64,000 bases of DNA from Octopus sinensis (GCF_006345805.1 NW_021832844.1:1-64000), one strand, 5' to 3'. Shown: positions 22,690 to 35,875, counted from the first letter of the stretch. Notes: generated by a model not told the origin, from the sequence alone. Made by a program: numbers and translations.

Positions 22690-23700
22690 TTCTCGCACAT
22701 TTCTTGTAAGGGCGCAGTATGTGTGTCATTGCGAATGTCGTTCCCCTGTTTTTCGCAAGATCTCCTCAAAAGTAGAAACATTTAGTTTTTCGTTTGGTTC
22801 TTTTAGAGTTTTGCAAATTCTTGATTGAATTTTCAAAATTTTTTCCCGATTGGTGTAGCAAATTGTGGGTTCCATGTACTGCTTGCAGTCGGCTCGACCA
22901 CTGTCTGAATTTTCGAAGGAAAACTCTAAGTATGGTGAGTTTTTTCATAAATCTCGTGATCACATCATTCACTTGCTGCGAGAAAGACATATGGGTGCCA
23001 TATGTTACTCCCAAAATATTTTTCGATTTTCGGAATGGTATCTCCACATTTCTCTACTTCCGCTTTCCAGAGTCTCTTTGCTGAAGTAAAAAAGATAGTA
23101 ATCGAATTTCCTGGACTTGTTGATAGCAATCACCCTTCAAGACCGTAGAGGTAGTTTTGCAGCTTTTCCGCTGCTATTGTGACCTCTTGGTTTGCGAGAG
23201 GCAACTACAATATCATCCGCATATGATAGAACAATTACATCTTCAGCTTTTGACATCGGGAGCTCTGATAAATATAGAAAAGAGCTGGCGAGCCTTGAGG
23301 TACTCCATTTTGAAAATACTTCGAGCTTGATTTTGTACTTTTCCTATAGATTCTTCCTCACCGCCCAGTGAGAAAATTAGCTATCAACTTTTTTAGGATG
23401 GAGAGAATATTGCTGAGAAATATTTTCCTAGTCAGTATTCCACATGGGGATGTGTCTTTTCGCTTCTTTCGAGATAATATCAGTGAAAAGCTTGTTAAAT
23501 TTATGTATATTTGACAAATGTTTGTCTTCCGTAATTTCCGAGAAAGGTTTTTCTGTTTCGTTTTTATAGAGGCTCCATTTGGCTCTTTTGTAGTTTACTT
23601 GTTATTGTTCGGAATGATTATTAGGACATGAGTTTGTATTGGGATTGGTATATGATCTGATGATAGTTGATTGATTGTGTTCCATGTGGCATTTGATGTT
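22690..23700 (-). mobile_element. I/Jockey-group retroelement fragments (endonuclease-RT linker and RT/thumb)
   Basis: YADDIVVAS and ILGVTY...F..QV...KKLTILR motifs; shares sequence with 16150-16400. Confidence 0.7.
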
Positions 23701-24513
23701 ACGTTTGAAGAGCAGAAGGAGATATCTGAAGTTTACCTAAACCTCAAACTATGACTAGCAAACTTTTTGAGTGGCCGTCGAGGCCTTTTTATGGCTGAAT
23801 AAACTCTGTTTCTAAACGGTTACCAAACCGTGTCCCTCAGGGGTCACAAATGTCTTCAATTCTTATCAACCTTTATATGAGCGACATTTCAATCACTATT
23901 CACCAGGACGACATCTTACTGATGATATCATCATAGGATCACGGGATCAAAATCTACTCACAACAATCCAAAGACTTTAAAGAAATATTAACAACATATC
24001 TACTTGGCTATGTACAAACCAGCCCCGAAAAATGCATGACCCACTTTATTTACGACTAAAAAAACGCAGTAAATACTCGGTGTGTTTTTTGCCACCCAAT
24101 TCTCATTCTCTGAGCATATTGACACTCTTACACTATCAAGAAGATTAAACTTTTTAAAAACCTTTCCTGGTTCATGCACGGGAATACAAAAACCCTGGTT
24201 TAACACAATATACAAACTATGTCAAACCCTCTATTGGTTATGCTTGTATTGCCTGGGGATCATATCTCAAAACAAATCTGCTCGAACCTACAGCGGAAGG
24301 CTGATAAGTCTATCTCCAGTTTTACTGAAATATGAATAAATAAAATAAATATTTGGGACTGGTCTTTATTTCTGTGGCCATTTCGAGTTAATATTCAAAG
24401 AAAGTTAGTCTGAAATTTGTGAATATCAAAAACTTTTGAATTTTTATTTAAAACAACATATACATTTAATTAATAATAAATTATCGTTGGTTGATTCTCC
24501 TTGTGACACATAA

Positions 24514-25148
24514 ATGAGCAAACCCGCATTGAAAATGCTGCAAATTGACTGGACTAAATTTGTGCAGAACATTCCCTCAAAATACAAGAACTTGGCCAAA
24601 ACCCTGCGCAGTACATCCACTAAATACGAGACCAAGTAATCCCCTCCTATTTATACTCAGAATGAACCAATTCCCAGCCACACTCCAACAGATCGATTGG
24701 AAATACTACGAATCCATATTGGGCACAGACTCACCGGAATTGGCACTATATAAGAACAATGTGAGGACTAATGACTGAATTGTGTAGTATGGGAAGGTCA
24801 CCGTGGACTACCCTGTTGACAAAGACAACCAGTCTGCCCAGATTGACCACCTGGAACGACAAGCAGTTCTGTCTTTTTTCCTATCCGTAGACAGCAGAAA
24901 TAGAGGAGTTCAAAAACCAGTATTCTGGCATATTACAACACCTGGAGGAGTCGGTATGTTCTGGTTGTGAGTGGTAGGTGACAGCAATCAAGTCCCTTCC
25001 ACGTATAGAGGACATGAACTATGAAATGATGATGTATTACTTCCCCAGAGATGTCTCCTTCAATCTACAACGACGGTTTCGATTCTATCCCTATGTTGGA
25101 GTCCACCAGCCTGACTCGAAGGAGTCTTATTTCCCGGTCGTTAATTAA
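24514..25148 (+). CDS. ATP5PD: Mitochondrial ATP synthase subunit d
   Basis: Spliced product MSKPALKMLQIDWTKF...FPATLQQIDWKYY...VTVDYPVDK...LPRIEDMNYE...FYPY. Four introns of 25 (24636-24660), 27 (24761-24787), 25 and 24 nt; stop TAA 25146-25148. Confidence 0.9.
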
Positions 25149-25260
25149 TTACTGACTGTTTTACTAATATTGTTTTGATTAATTTAATTATTTATTTAAA
25201 TGTTTTTTGGTTAGATATTAAATAATGTAGTGACGTAATATTACATTAGTTGTTGGTGGT

Positions 25261-26890
25261 ATGAGCAGTGAGGAGTCGTCCTATGCAAGTCATTCCTCAG
25301 AAAGCAATAGTCCTGCTGTAGTGCCAGCCTGTCCTGTAGTCGCCCTACCTCCAAAGACGACGGTGGACAAGACAAGAATGATGAACCTGGCTTACTACTA
25401 CCCTAACTGTAACATTGACGTGTTTCCCACATGTCTCAACTCCAACGAGTGTAGTCAGTCCATAGTACTCACTCAAATGAACATGGTGGCTACCTGTATA
25501 AATATTTCTCTCACAATCAGCCCTAGGCAAGGCATCTGGGAAGGGGGATGCCTTTTCAGTCTCCTCAAACAAGCCAGTGCCTTTGTCCTGTGCCATCTAC
25601 TACTACGAAGTGACAGTCCTCAGTGATGGAGTGGACGGTCATATTGGAGTAGGCTTTGGCCCAGGGGACTGTCACTCACTCCTCCCGGGTGACTACATCT
25701 CCTCTACTTAGGCTGGGCAGCTAAATCCGTAGGCTACCATGCAGATGACGGATTTGTCTTCTCGTGTACTCACACCAGATATGGAAGTGGGTATAAGGCA
25801 GGGGATGTTGTCGGCTGTGGAGTCAATTTGATGACTGGCCGTGTCTTCTTTACTCAAAATGGATTCTTTCTTGGTATATTTGTTGTATTACTGTGTAGGG
25901 TATTATCGGGTGCCATTCGTCGAGAAGGACATGGTCAGTCTTCTTTTTATACGTGCAGGACCAGTTTTTTGTGTTGGTGGGAATGCAGTCGCTTGGGGAA
26001 TCTTTATATGTCAATTTTGGACAGGAGAAATTCGTGTTTGACCTTAAAGGCTTGATTAGGGTGTTTGTTTTATTTATTTCTTCAGAAAGAGCGGACTTGT
26101 CTCCTTCAACCAATTGACGACAAGCCTGTCCACATCCTCCTACTCTGTAAAATGTTGGTGGAGTACTTGGTCTACCACGGGTACTACAAGACGGCTGTGG
26201 AGTTTGGAAGTATGTGTTCTCTCGACGTTGACTTTGATGCCAGTCTTTTTATCTTTAGTCAAGGTTATGGTGGCTTAGTATTCCCAGAACTCAAAGATTT
26301 GATCCTCAGTGGACAAATGATTCCCGCCATTGAAAAGTGTTCAGATAAGTTTCCCGCCATTTTTGATAAACATCCATCGGTCTATTTCCGTATGAAGGTC
26401 CGTCATTTTGTGGAACTCGTAATGTTCCATCACAGAGAGACATGTCCATTCGAAGACATGTGCTTTATTTACACGAGTAGTCCATCCCCACTGTCCACGG
26501 ATGATGCTGTCATGTTTGTTCTGTATGCCCGGGAACTGTACCAATTGTGTAAGAGTCTGTTTGCAAATAATTTGCCTGAGATGGAAACTCAGGAAAGACA
26601 TTTGATGGTGATGAGTGGGCTTATTGTGACAGGAGGTTGTTACGCTCATTCAGTTTGACAATCCCTGGACATCCCCTTATGGACCCGTCTTTATGAATGA
26701 GGCACAGAGACTGGAAATATTCTCTAAACTCAACTCTATTCTTCTGGGTAGACTTTTCTTTTTATTTTCAGTGGCATTTGGGTCACAGAAAACTCCAGTC
26801 ATCGAGATAGCTGGATGTCAGTTGAACAAATGCCTTGATCTTATGCGAAAGCTTAAAATCCCAGAATCATTTTTGATATCGTTATTCTAA
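25261..26890 (+). CDS. RANBP9/10: Ran-binding protein 9/10 (SPRY, LisH, CTLH, CRA)
   Basis: SPRY motifs GYHADDGFVF, GDVVGCGVN, FFTQNG; LisH VEYLVYHGYYKTA; CTLH LILSGQMIPAI; C-terminal KLNSILL...QLNKCL. Confidence 0.9.
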
Positions 26891-26984
26891 CTCATTATTC
26901 TTTCCTTCAATATTATTGTCTATTGAAACTTGTATTGGGTACATAGATTTTTATTTTTTCAAAATAGACTATCATTGCGTAGAG

Positions 26985-27990
26985 CAGGCATTCTCAACCT
27001 TTTTTTGTTCATCGCCCCCTTAGATATTTTATCGCCCCCTTGTCCACATACAATTTAAAAATTTTTGGTAATTGTCCTTTAATTGGTTGTTTTTTGTATA
27101 TAACTCAAAAATCAAAATATAAAATAATAAATCAAATGTAAAAAATTGAATTTTTATTAAAAATTATTAGTGAGACCCTTGATATTGATGTTTACTCGCT
27201 AAATATTCTATGTCGGGTTTAATTCTGCTCAACTTTAGGCGCATATCGCCTCTATAAGACACTTCCAGTCTATTTCTTTCACATTGTGTATTATTAAAAC
27301 TTCGAAAATAACCTCACAAATCCCATTAAAACAGCTTTACTATCTACAATGACGCTTTCATCGATTTGTAATGAAAACTTACTTCGCTTCAGTCTTTCAA
27401 TAAGGATTTCCTTTACATTTTCATTCTTCGACGAATCGAATCATTGCTAAGAGGTAGACTTTTAATAATTTTAGAAGCATCTTGATTTATTACATCCGAC
27501 ATTATTACTTCCAGTGATGGAATTATTACATTTTCTGCGATAGTATGAGAACTTGAAGTTTTTGCAATAATTTCAGCAATTTTATAAGATGCGATGTGCG
27601 CACCCACAACTACATATTAATAAATGTTAAATAACCATCATGTACTGGCTTTGTGAATAACGATTTGATCTTTTTCTTATTTTCAAAATTGTATTTTAAA
27701 TTTTGAAAATATTCAATCGGCTTTGACATTTTTACCGGGTGCTTGCGTTTTAGATGATCCTGTAATCGTGATGGCTTCATCGCCTTATTTGAAAAAGAAC
27801 ATTGACAAATAAGACAATAAGGCTGTTTTGTATCTTCAGTACTTTGAATAGTTGAAACCACATTAGCACAATCATTAACACAATTTACCACCAATTGACA
27901 GCGCAATCAGAAGAATTTGCGTAAAAATATTAACTATTTAGTTAAGTTTTTCGTAAAGATAGAATTTATTTTCGGTATGCCTCTTTTCCT
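26985..27990 (-). mobile_element. hAT (Charlie/ZBED5-like) element copy 1: 3' end present, catalytic core deleted, 5' TIR missing
   Basis: End CAGGCATTCTCAACC preceded by GCGTAGAG; about 95% identical to 43793-44033. BED finger PYCLIC...MKPSRLQDHL...HP and LPLSNDSIRRR. Confidence 0.9.
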
Positions 27991-28279
27991 AAACTTTTTT
28001 ATTATTCAAAAATAATTTTTTCAATAGATAACCGAAGGAGGAAAAACGAAGCTGAAGAAAAAACGGTCAGCTTAAGGTAATTAATTAAATCTTTTTTGTG
28101 TGTCGCTTTTTTGGCTGCTGCTACTCTGCCTGCCCCATTTCCGCCTGCCCCATTTTCGCCAGTGGTTTGTCTAATCAAGGTCACTAAGCTAAATCTCCGG
28201 ACTATAAAGGCTCTTAAGCATTATCTTAATTGGCTGTTAAAAAAATTAGACAGGTTGTTGCCGTGGCGGCAGAGATTTT

Positions 28280-30965
28280 TTGTTGTTGTTGTTGCATAAC
28301 CCCGGTCTCACATTAGGGTATGAGACCGGCGGCTAGCAGAAACAACAGCGCCTTCGCGGGTTGCTCCCAAAGGACCTCGGGGGAGTGGACAGCAAATTTC
28401 CTGCGGACAGGGAGGAGAACAGGGCAGCGGAAAAGGTGATCAGTTGAGTGATCTTCGGCACAGCAGAGGTTGCATACCGGGGAGATCACGGCGTTCAATG
28501 AGTGAGCGTAGGAGTTTAGTGAGTGGTGGTGGCCCGAGCGGAAACGAGCAAGGTTGATCTGAGCGGAACGCTCCAGAAGCATTTCGGAGGGGTGAACTTC
28601 CGGAGGAAGTTTGTCGAGGACAGAGTTAGGCTTCAGCCTTAGAATGGACGACGTTGAAATGAAGTCGTGGATTTTTTTCATTGGCTGTGAACATTGGTTT
28701 AGGCCAGGGGTCACCAAACTTTTTGCACTCGCGGGCCGGATTGACCCCAACACAATGAACGCGGGCCGGAGCACGTGCATAAGATTATAATTTTACTAGA
28801 AATTCATAAGTGTGTTTTTTACAATAAAAACTAATTTAAACAAAAATAAAGTAAACAAAAATTTTAATGAGAGCTATGGAACTGTGATCTTTTTTTGATA
28901 AGTTCATCAATATTTGGTTTTAAATTGCTGCATCCTATCATGAGAATTGATTTTAAGTGTCCGTCAGTCAATCTTGCACGATGGGCAGACTTAACATATT
29001 TCATCCTCGAAAACGTTTGCTCACATTGGTAAGTTGTGCCAAATATAGAAATCATCTTTATCGCAAAATTCTTTAGTCTCGGAAACTCATCATCCTTGAG
29101 ATATTCGTAGAACTCAGCGAGTTTGGTCCGTCTGTGACAATCTTTGAGCTGTTCATTTGATTGTAAGTCAATAACTTCTAATTGTAATTCATGTTGAACA
29201 TTTTCAACATTACAAGAAAATGGATTTTCGAACAAAATTATATCGCTTTCAATTTTGTCAAGTTCAGAAAACTTATGTAAAAAATGATGTTTTAATTCTT
29301 TGATAATTCCAGTTTGGAAAGTAATGTCGATCTCATTACAGTTTGCCTCACAAAAACTTTTAAAACAAGAAAAGTGTGAAAACTGACGTACTCCAAGTTG
29401 TGACTCGAATAACATCAATTTTTGTCGAAATGCTTTAATTATCCTGTAGAAATCACAAATTAAGTTTTCCTTTCCTTGTAATTTCAGATTTAGCTCATTC
29501 ATGTGAGTTGTAACATCAACCAAAAATGATAATTTTGATAGCCAAGCAAGATCTGATAATTCGGGATAATAGTTATTTTTACTGGTTAGAAAAATATCAA
29601 TCTCACTTCGGAGTTTATAAAATCTATTTAATACATTACCACAGCTAAGCCATCTAACTGCAGTGTAATATGGTAAGTCAAAATATTCAGATCCAAAATC
29701 GTCAAGTAAAACTTTAAACTGACGGTGATTAAGTGAGCTCCCTCGAACAAAGTTTATTATGCGAATAACTGGATTCAACACACATGAAATATTAAGAGCC
29801 TTCGCACATAGTGCGTGCTGATGAAGGATGCAATGAATGAACAAAGTGTTTGAAATATGTAATTCCTCCAATTTATTAGTTATTTGCCCAACTAGACCCT
29901 TTTTAGAACCAGCCATATTCTTTGCCCCGTCAATCGTAACAAAACTTTAGGCCATTGATTTTGGCAAGTACCCTGGAGTATAGTTTGGCAGGCGTGTTCT
30001 TCAATGCACGGCCGTTGTCATTTAGCGTGTTTAGGGCAGTGCAAGGGTGGTAAAATTTTCGCGAAGCGAATAGGAATTGTGCTCCTCTCATGTTTAGATG
30101 TTCCTCTATCGGGAGGAGATTGGTTTCACAGTGCAGATGGTCGATGGTTGTTGATTTCAGGCACCCGGATATGATGCGCATGGCTTTGTTTTGAATTGAT
30201 TGGAGAGCCACAGAGGAGCTCATAGATAGACAGGGAGCCCAACTCGGACTCGCGTAGCTTAGGACAGGGCGAATGTATTGTTTATACACACGTTTGAGAA
30301 GTGGTTTCTGCGCACCAGTGATGCGACCACTTATTGCTTTCAGGATATTTGTACGCCTGTTAGCCTTGTCAGAGATCTTCAAGACATGTTTATTGAAGAA
30401 CATCGTTGGGTCGAAGGTTAGTCCGAGAACAGTGGGGTGTTTTGATAGTGGGAGAACAGAGCCAAAGAGAGATAGGTTGGGATGTATGTTTGATTGTCTT
30501 CTGTCGGAAGATAATAGGGTGACCGAGGACTTGGAGGACGAGGCCTCGAGCCTGTTTTCTCTGAGCCAATTCTCAACGGAGTGGAGTTGTTGCTGAAGGT
30601 TGAAGGAGGCAGCTTTGTAGTCTTCGTGTTTTGAGGCAATAATAATGTTGTCAGCGTAAGATAGTGTCAAGTGGTTAGGGTTGTTTGCCGGGAAGTCGTG
30701 CAAGTAAAGATTGAACAGGGATGGAGACAGCACGGAACCCTGCGGTACCCCGTTTGGAAGGTAGCGTTGTTTGGAACAATGGTCCATGAGGGAGACGTAG
30801 CCCATGCGGCCCGATAAGAAGTTAGCAAGCCAGGATTTGTAGTTTGAGTCTAGGCCGGTCGTGAGAATTTTCTTGGTGAGACCGCAACGGGGGACGCTGT
30901 CAAAAGCTTTAGATATGTCGATGGAAGCTAGAACTGTTCGTTTAGGGGGCCTCTTCTCATTGAAG
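28280..30965 (-). mobile_element. I/Jockey-group non-LTR retroelement, RT to 3' end with (CAA)n tail, split by a hAT element
   Basis: SIDISKAFDSV, GVPQGSVLSPSLFNLY, YIRPVLSYASPSW, C-terminal CNLC...STDHLFRCP, and (TTG)5 at 28280-28294. The frame AKINGL-NQCSQP is rejoined by removing 28705-29945. Confidence 0.9.
28705..29944 (-). mobile_element. hAT transposon of a second family (GTF2IRD2-like transposase, C-terminal half), one TIR only
   Basis: End CAGGGGTCACCAAAC at 28705. Uninterrupted 350-aa ORF 28864-29916 with HCILHQ, VRWLS, FGTTYQCEQTFSRMK, RARLTDGHL. Confidence 0.9.
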
Positions 30966-31107
30966 CCGTGAAATTGAAGAATTTAAAATTTCATTATTTT
31001 TATGATTTATTTTGATTTTATTCCTTTGAAATCAGTTTCTTTTATTATTTTGACATTTTATATTGGTCCTTTATATATGAGAACTATCCAAGATTAACTA
31101 CGCTTAA

Positions 31108-31138
31108 GCGCAAAAAAACCGTTTTTCTAATTTCTCTA
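31108..31138 (+). repeat. Solo remnant of the Tc1-A left end
   Basis: GCGCAAAAAAACCGTTTTTCTAATTTCTCTA closely matches 1140-1172. Confidence 0.5.
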
Positions 31139-31282
31139 ATTTTTTCCAGGTAAGCCAGCATAATATGTGACATGGGTGGCTGGATACGCATGGGAAACCG
31201 GCTGCATTTTACCTTGAAAAATCTTAATTTAACCTTTAACAAATCATACTATTTTTACCTTTTTTTGTTACAAGAAGTTAAT

Positions 31283-31640
31283 TTATGGACAGTTAGAAAA
31301 GGGAGAAAGATTGTTGAAGACTACGCAGTTTAAGGCGTCCTCCCAGTCTCGCGGATTGCGAAGCAGTTGCCGCTGATTACGGTAATGAAGAGGCGTTGAA
31401 GAAGCCAAAAGGACTCTCTTGGGTTTTCCTCCTTTTGTCGAATCTTCTCTCCAAACCGCGTAGGAAACAAAGCTACTTTCGGCCAAAGACCCAGAGGTCT
31501 CAACGGCGATTAAGGATTTTGAAATTTTTGGCACGATTGGAAGCAAAGCCTGGGTCGACAACCGACATGGTTAGGTTCCCGTTGGAGAATGTGTCACAGC
31601 AGGTAGAATCCCATATAAGAGATTTTCCCTGCTCGAAGAG
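31283..31640 (-). mobile_element. CRE-like retroelement endonuclease fragment
   Basis: VWDSTCCDTFS and LIAVETSGSL motifs. Confidence 0.7.
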
Positions 31641-32414
31641 GAATATAGGGCCGTTTTACCTGAATTATCTCGACTCGATTATTTGATAAAATGTTGATTA
31701 TTTCGGCAGCCGGATAGAATGGAGAGTCGAATTTATCTAGCCGCAACGAAGGATTTGTTACATAGTCTTTTTTAACTCGAACCTAACTATAATTTTTTAT
31801 TTAAACTTTATCTCCGACACTAAATTCGTATTTACTATTGTGAACATTTATTTTTCTATTTATTGCCTTATAGTAGGCTGAGTTTCCATCAATAGAATTT
31901 AAATTAAATTTGAATTTTTTGGACTTGGTAAATTAAAATCCCCAAATATAAATTTCAAGTTAAAATACTTGAATTTTCAATTCAGTCTAAATTCGAACAA
32001 ATTTCTAAATTTCAATATTTTCTAAAAACACAATTCGATATTTATGATTTGCAACAGCATCTTTTATTCAGCTTATCCCTTGATATTTTCCCTCGAAAGG
32101 TCTCTAATTTGAAAATGAGTGTACAGCCTTGTTATAGCAGTACACTGCATTTTCAAAATCTATAGCCACTTTTTTTAATCTGTTTCTATCATTTTGGAAA
32201 GTTTTCGGGTGATCGTTTGTTTAAAAAATTCTACAATCCCTTGTGTACGGGGATTTTTTGGTCTTCTATGTATCTGAACTACGTTGAACTCTTTGCATGA
32301 ATTTCTCAGAAAAACATTTTTATATTCTGAATTATTATCTGATTGCAAAATTTTGCAAGGTCTAGAAAAAAATCTTAAGTTGTTGCATACTTCTTTTGAA
32401 AATTTATTTATTAT

Positions 32415-32660
32415 TTATTTATTAATGACCAAGAGACCAGGTAAGCCAGTTAATTATAATCCCCGCGAGTCCCCGATTCAAACGAGGGAGATCTTTCTGA
32501 AAGGTTCGATCCTGTCCACGTGATCGGACTGAGACGACGATGTCCCACGGTCAGAGTTCTAGAAGTCCTTTTTCGGTAGGCATTAAGTGCCTTCTGAGCG
32601 TTTCCATGTCCGATTAGAAGTTTTAACTGACATGGTGGACCCCATAACGCCACGCTAAGA
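32415..32660 (-). mobile_element. 5'-truncated LINE 3' end with (TAAA)n tail
   Basis: Shares the terminal ATTATAATTAACTGG(C/T)TT...TTGGTC and the upstream sequence with 44034-44182 and 60433-60590. Confidence 0.7.
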
Positions 32661-32699
32661 CCGGAAAGAAGGTAAGAGACCCCTTTTTTTCTACTTTGT

Positions 32700-33610
32700 C
32701 GTGCCAGAAGTACTCATTGCCTCGCGGGCAGGCGAACGATAACGAGAATTGACCCCAGAATGAAACTAGCCTCCCTCGGAATCGGAAATGTATACGATAC
32801 CAAGTTCTATCGAACTGGACTTCCCAGAGAAAGTGAAAGGCCTGTAGTAACTGTGTACGTTTTCCTGCAAGCATCGTTAGAGTCGGGTTGCTTGTGAGTG
32901 CAAGCTAAAGTGGGTGGAAAGCTTCACCTAAGACTAAAAAATGCACGAGTTCGATAGCGAACAAGTACCGTGAAGGAAAATTGAAAAGAACTTTGAGAAA
33001 AGGGTTAAAAGTGCGTGAAACCGTTTAGAAGGAAGCAGATAGAGCCTTGACGCTTTGTTTTACAGTTGGGACGCAAAGCAGCTGTAATGAGTGTTCTAAC
33101 TGGTTGCTAGTTTGGATGTGCCCTTTTGATGGCTGTGTATACTTTATTGTTAGGGTAATGATTCTTGCAGCTTGTTGGTGTTTTATCCGACCCGTCTTGA
33201 AACACGGACCAAGGAGATTACCGTATTAGCAAGTCTAATGGAGTTATTCCATGTGGCGTAATGAAAGTAACTGGATGTGACGGTGTTAAACCTGCAACAT
33301 ACGCCCCTAATTGTAACTACGGTTTATTAGGGAGTGTTAGCTAATGCGTTAAGACCCGAAAGATGGCGAACTATACCTGGTTAAAATGAAGCCAGTGGAA
33401 ACACTGGTAAAGGTCTATCGCGGTTCTGACGTGCAAATCGATTGTCGAAGCTGGGTATAGGGGCGAAATACTAATCGAGCCATCTAGTAGCTGGTTCTCT
33501 CCGAAATTTCTCTCAGGATAGCTGGTGTTCGTAAAAAGTTTTATATGTTAAAGCGAATGATTAGAGATCTGTGCTCAGATTGGGTGCATAGTATTCTCAA
33601 ACTTTAAAAA
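32700..33610 (+). rRNA. 28S (LSU) rRNA 5' fragment, isolated and truncated; probable rDNA pseudogene
   Basis: Universal LSU segments GAGTCGGGTTGCTTG, AACAAGTACCGTGA, CCGTCTTGAAACACGGACCAAGGAG, GACCCGAAAGATGG, GACGTGCAAATCG, CATCTAGTAGCTGGTTC. No 18S, 5.8S or 3' LSU adjacent; left boundary approximate. Confidence 0.9.
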
Positions 33611-35327
33611 CGTGAGATACGTTGACAAGTGTTTCACGGATCCAAACCAAAGAGTCGTCAAGTCCCTCCTTAGACTCCAATCTGGTCACCAGACAGTCCA
33701 AATGTGAAGACATAGCACTCCCACCCTCCAAATACTCTCCCTGCACTCACAAAATAGAAAAACCAATTCCCTGTCAATTGAAACACGCATGTCTCTCATT
33801 TTCGACTGAAAGTCCGCCTCCCGGTTGTTAAGGACGCCAATTTCAGTGGTCAAAGCTCCCACCTTGCCTTCATAAACCTCCCGAATCTTAGACAATCTGG
33901 CGACTTCTCGTGCAATGACCTCATCGCTGATCTCCTCGCAGTCCGTGAGCAAGTCTCTGACGGAAGTGAGGATCTTTTCTTTAAATTGTTCATACTAAAC
34001 CGTTTTTACATTTTGGTAACTTTATTGACTGTTTTTTGCAGTTCAAGACGGTTGGCGTTTCCCGCCTCTTCTAACTGATGGTTTTCGGTTTTGTATTTGT
34101 CAATTTGAGTTTCCAGTAGATTGCATTGCTTGGCAGTGAATTGACGTCAAAACCTCCGCGTATTTGTCTATTCTTTTCTTTTGTCTTAACATTTCCTGTC
34201 TCATAGTCGTCAAATCTGCTGTAAGCCGACGTCCTTCACTTTCTTGGATTTTTAGACTCTACAAATCAAATCGAAACAAAACATTTTGCAGACTTTCGAG
34301 AGCAGGACTGTCCTAAAATGTCATATAAATATAAATAACATCTTTTTTGCAAGAATTCTCAATCTCGACTGACTGCCGGAATATCAATTCGTCCTAAAAA
34401 TCTAAACACAGCCAATTCACCTTAGAAACTGAATCTCTTTGTAGTTGAGTAACTAATTCCTCCAATATCTTCTTATCACGGTGAACACGTTTAAATTCCG
34501 CCGAGGATGGCGACTTTGGTTCTTCCACGTTTTGGACTGATCTTGTTTCACTCAGTTTAACCTGAAAATATAAAATCACAAAACCTTGTCTGAAAGTGAG
34601 TCAATAAGAGAGTCCTTGTATGTCACCTGTTCCTCAAGTCTCTGCCGTAACTCGAGACTGTTCGCCAGCTCTTGGGCGGTGAGATCCTTTGCTTTCCTGA
34701 GGTGGTCTATCTTGCCTTCCAATTCGTGAATAATTTCTCTCTGCAGTCTCAACTCTTTGTCCTTCCTTCCACTTTCCGAAACCACATTTTTGACTCTTCT
34801 TAACTCTTCTCGGAGTTTTGTGACCTCGTCTTCTTGATGAGTCCTACTGGATGGGGACATTGGCTCACAGTGCTAAAAGTTATTTCCCGCTCTCACAATC
34901 GGTTGTCGGAGTGTAGAAAGACTCCCCGTTGGCTCGGAAAAAATTCTTCCTGGCGGAAAATTTTCAACCAATTCGGAATGACGGGTGATGGTGGGACAGT
35001 TATTTTGTACAGGTGGTATTTCTTCAAGACAGAACTCGAAAGCTGATGGTTCGAGACCAAAATTGATTATATCTCCCGGGGATAGTCTGACTGTCGTTAT
35101 TCTGTAGCCGTTCACGTGAGTGCCTGTGCGGGTGTTCAGATCTTGAAGGATAAATGAATTATTGTGTTTGGAATAGTGAATTGTGGCGTGTCTATCGTCC
35201 ACAGAACTCGACTGAATAATGTATTATTTGATACATCGATTATTAGTCCACATTGGCGGCGTCCTACAGTGGTACATTCTCCGAGTTCGTATAATATGCC
35301 ATTGCTTCTCAGATATGCACAATTCAT
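33611..35327 (-). CDS. FHAD1: Forkhead-associated domain protein 1 (FHA plus coiled coil), apparently 3'-truncated at the rDNA junction
   Basis: MNCAYLRS...TTVGR...VDDRHATI.Y...SFILQDLNTRTGTHVN...LSPGDIINFG follows the FHAD1 N-terminus. Long coiled coil; the frame runs into 28S sequence at about 33611. Confidence 0.78.
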
Positions 35328-35519
35328 GCCCAATTAAATAAGCAGCAAGAACTAATAAGCAATTTTGTTAATAAAATGTTGTCCGGGAAACATTTTATTC
35401 ATTTTTAAACCAAAACAAAGATAAATTAAATTAACTTAATTTCATAATTAGAATTTTTTTCATTATTGGACAACTAAATTGTTCTCCGGTTAATTCGACA
35501 TCTTTACTTGTCGTTTTGC

Positions 35520-35875
35520 TTTTCTACTTGTGGGGCAGTCATGAAGGATCCATTGACGGGGGAGACAACCTTGGATCAAATGCGGGTGTTGCGACGTCAT
35601 TAAATGCACGTGTGTCCATCCTTGTTGCAACCAACCCTGCTTATGGGCGATATAACCCACGCAAGTCGAATGAGCAGAATGTTCAGCTTCCGGGCGCCCT
35701 GTTGTCCCGATTCGACTTGCTTTGGCTTATGCAGGACAGAGTGGAGCACGACAGCGACCTTCGGTGTGTGTCTGAGTATATGTCCAGATTGGCACGTCAT
35801 GTGGCTTGTCTACACCAGCACGGGCGACATCCCCAAATCCATTTCAGTCCCCTTTCAATGAGAGCAATGAGATAA
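35520..35875 (+). pseudogene. MCM7: MCM7 AAA-domain fragment with internal deletion and a retained intron
   Basis: [13 protein letters not shown] is joined directly to [29 protein letters not shown]...[10 protein letters not shown]. The 24-nt intron GTGTGTGTCTGAGTATATGTCCAG is present; no other MCM7 exons seen nearby. Confidence 0.9.

Noticed and set aside
32700-33610. Functional rDNA unit or R2/R4 target site
   Set aside because: Only the 5' part of the LSU is present, there is no 18S or 5.8S, and the known R2/R4 target region lies further 3' and is absent.
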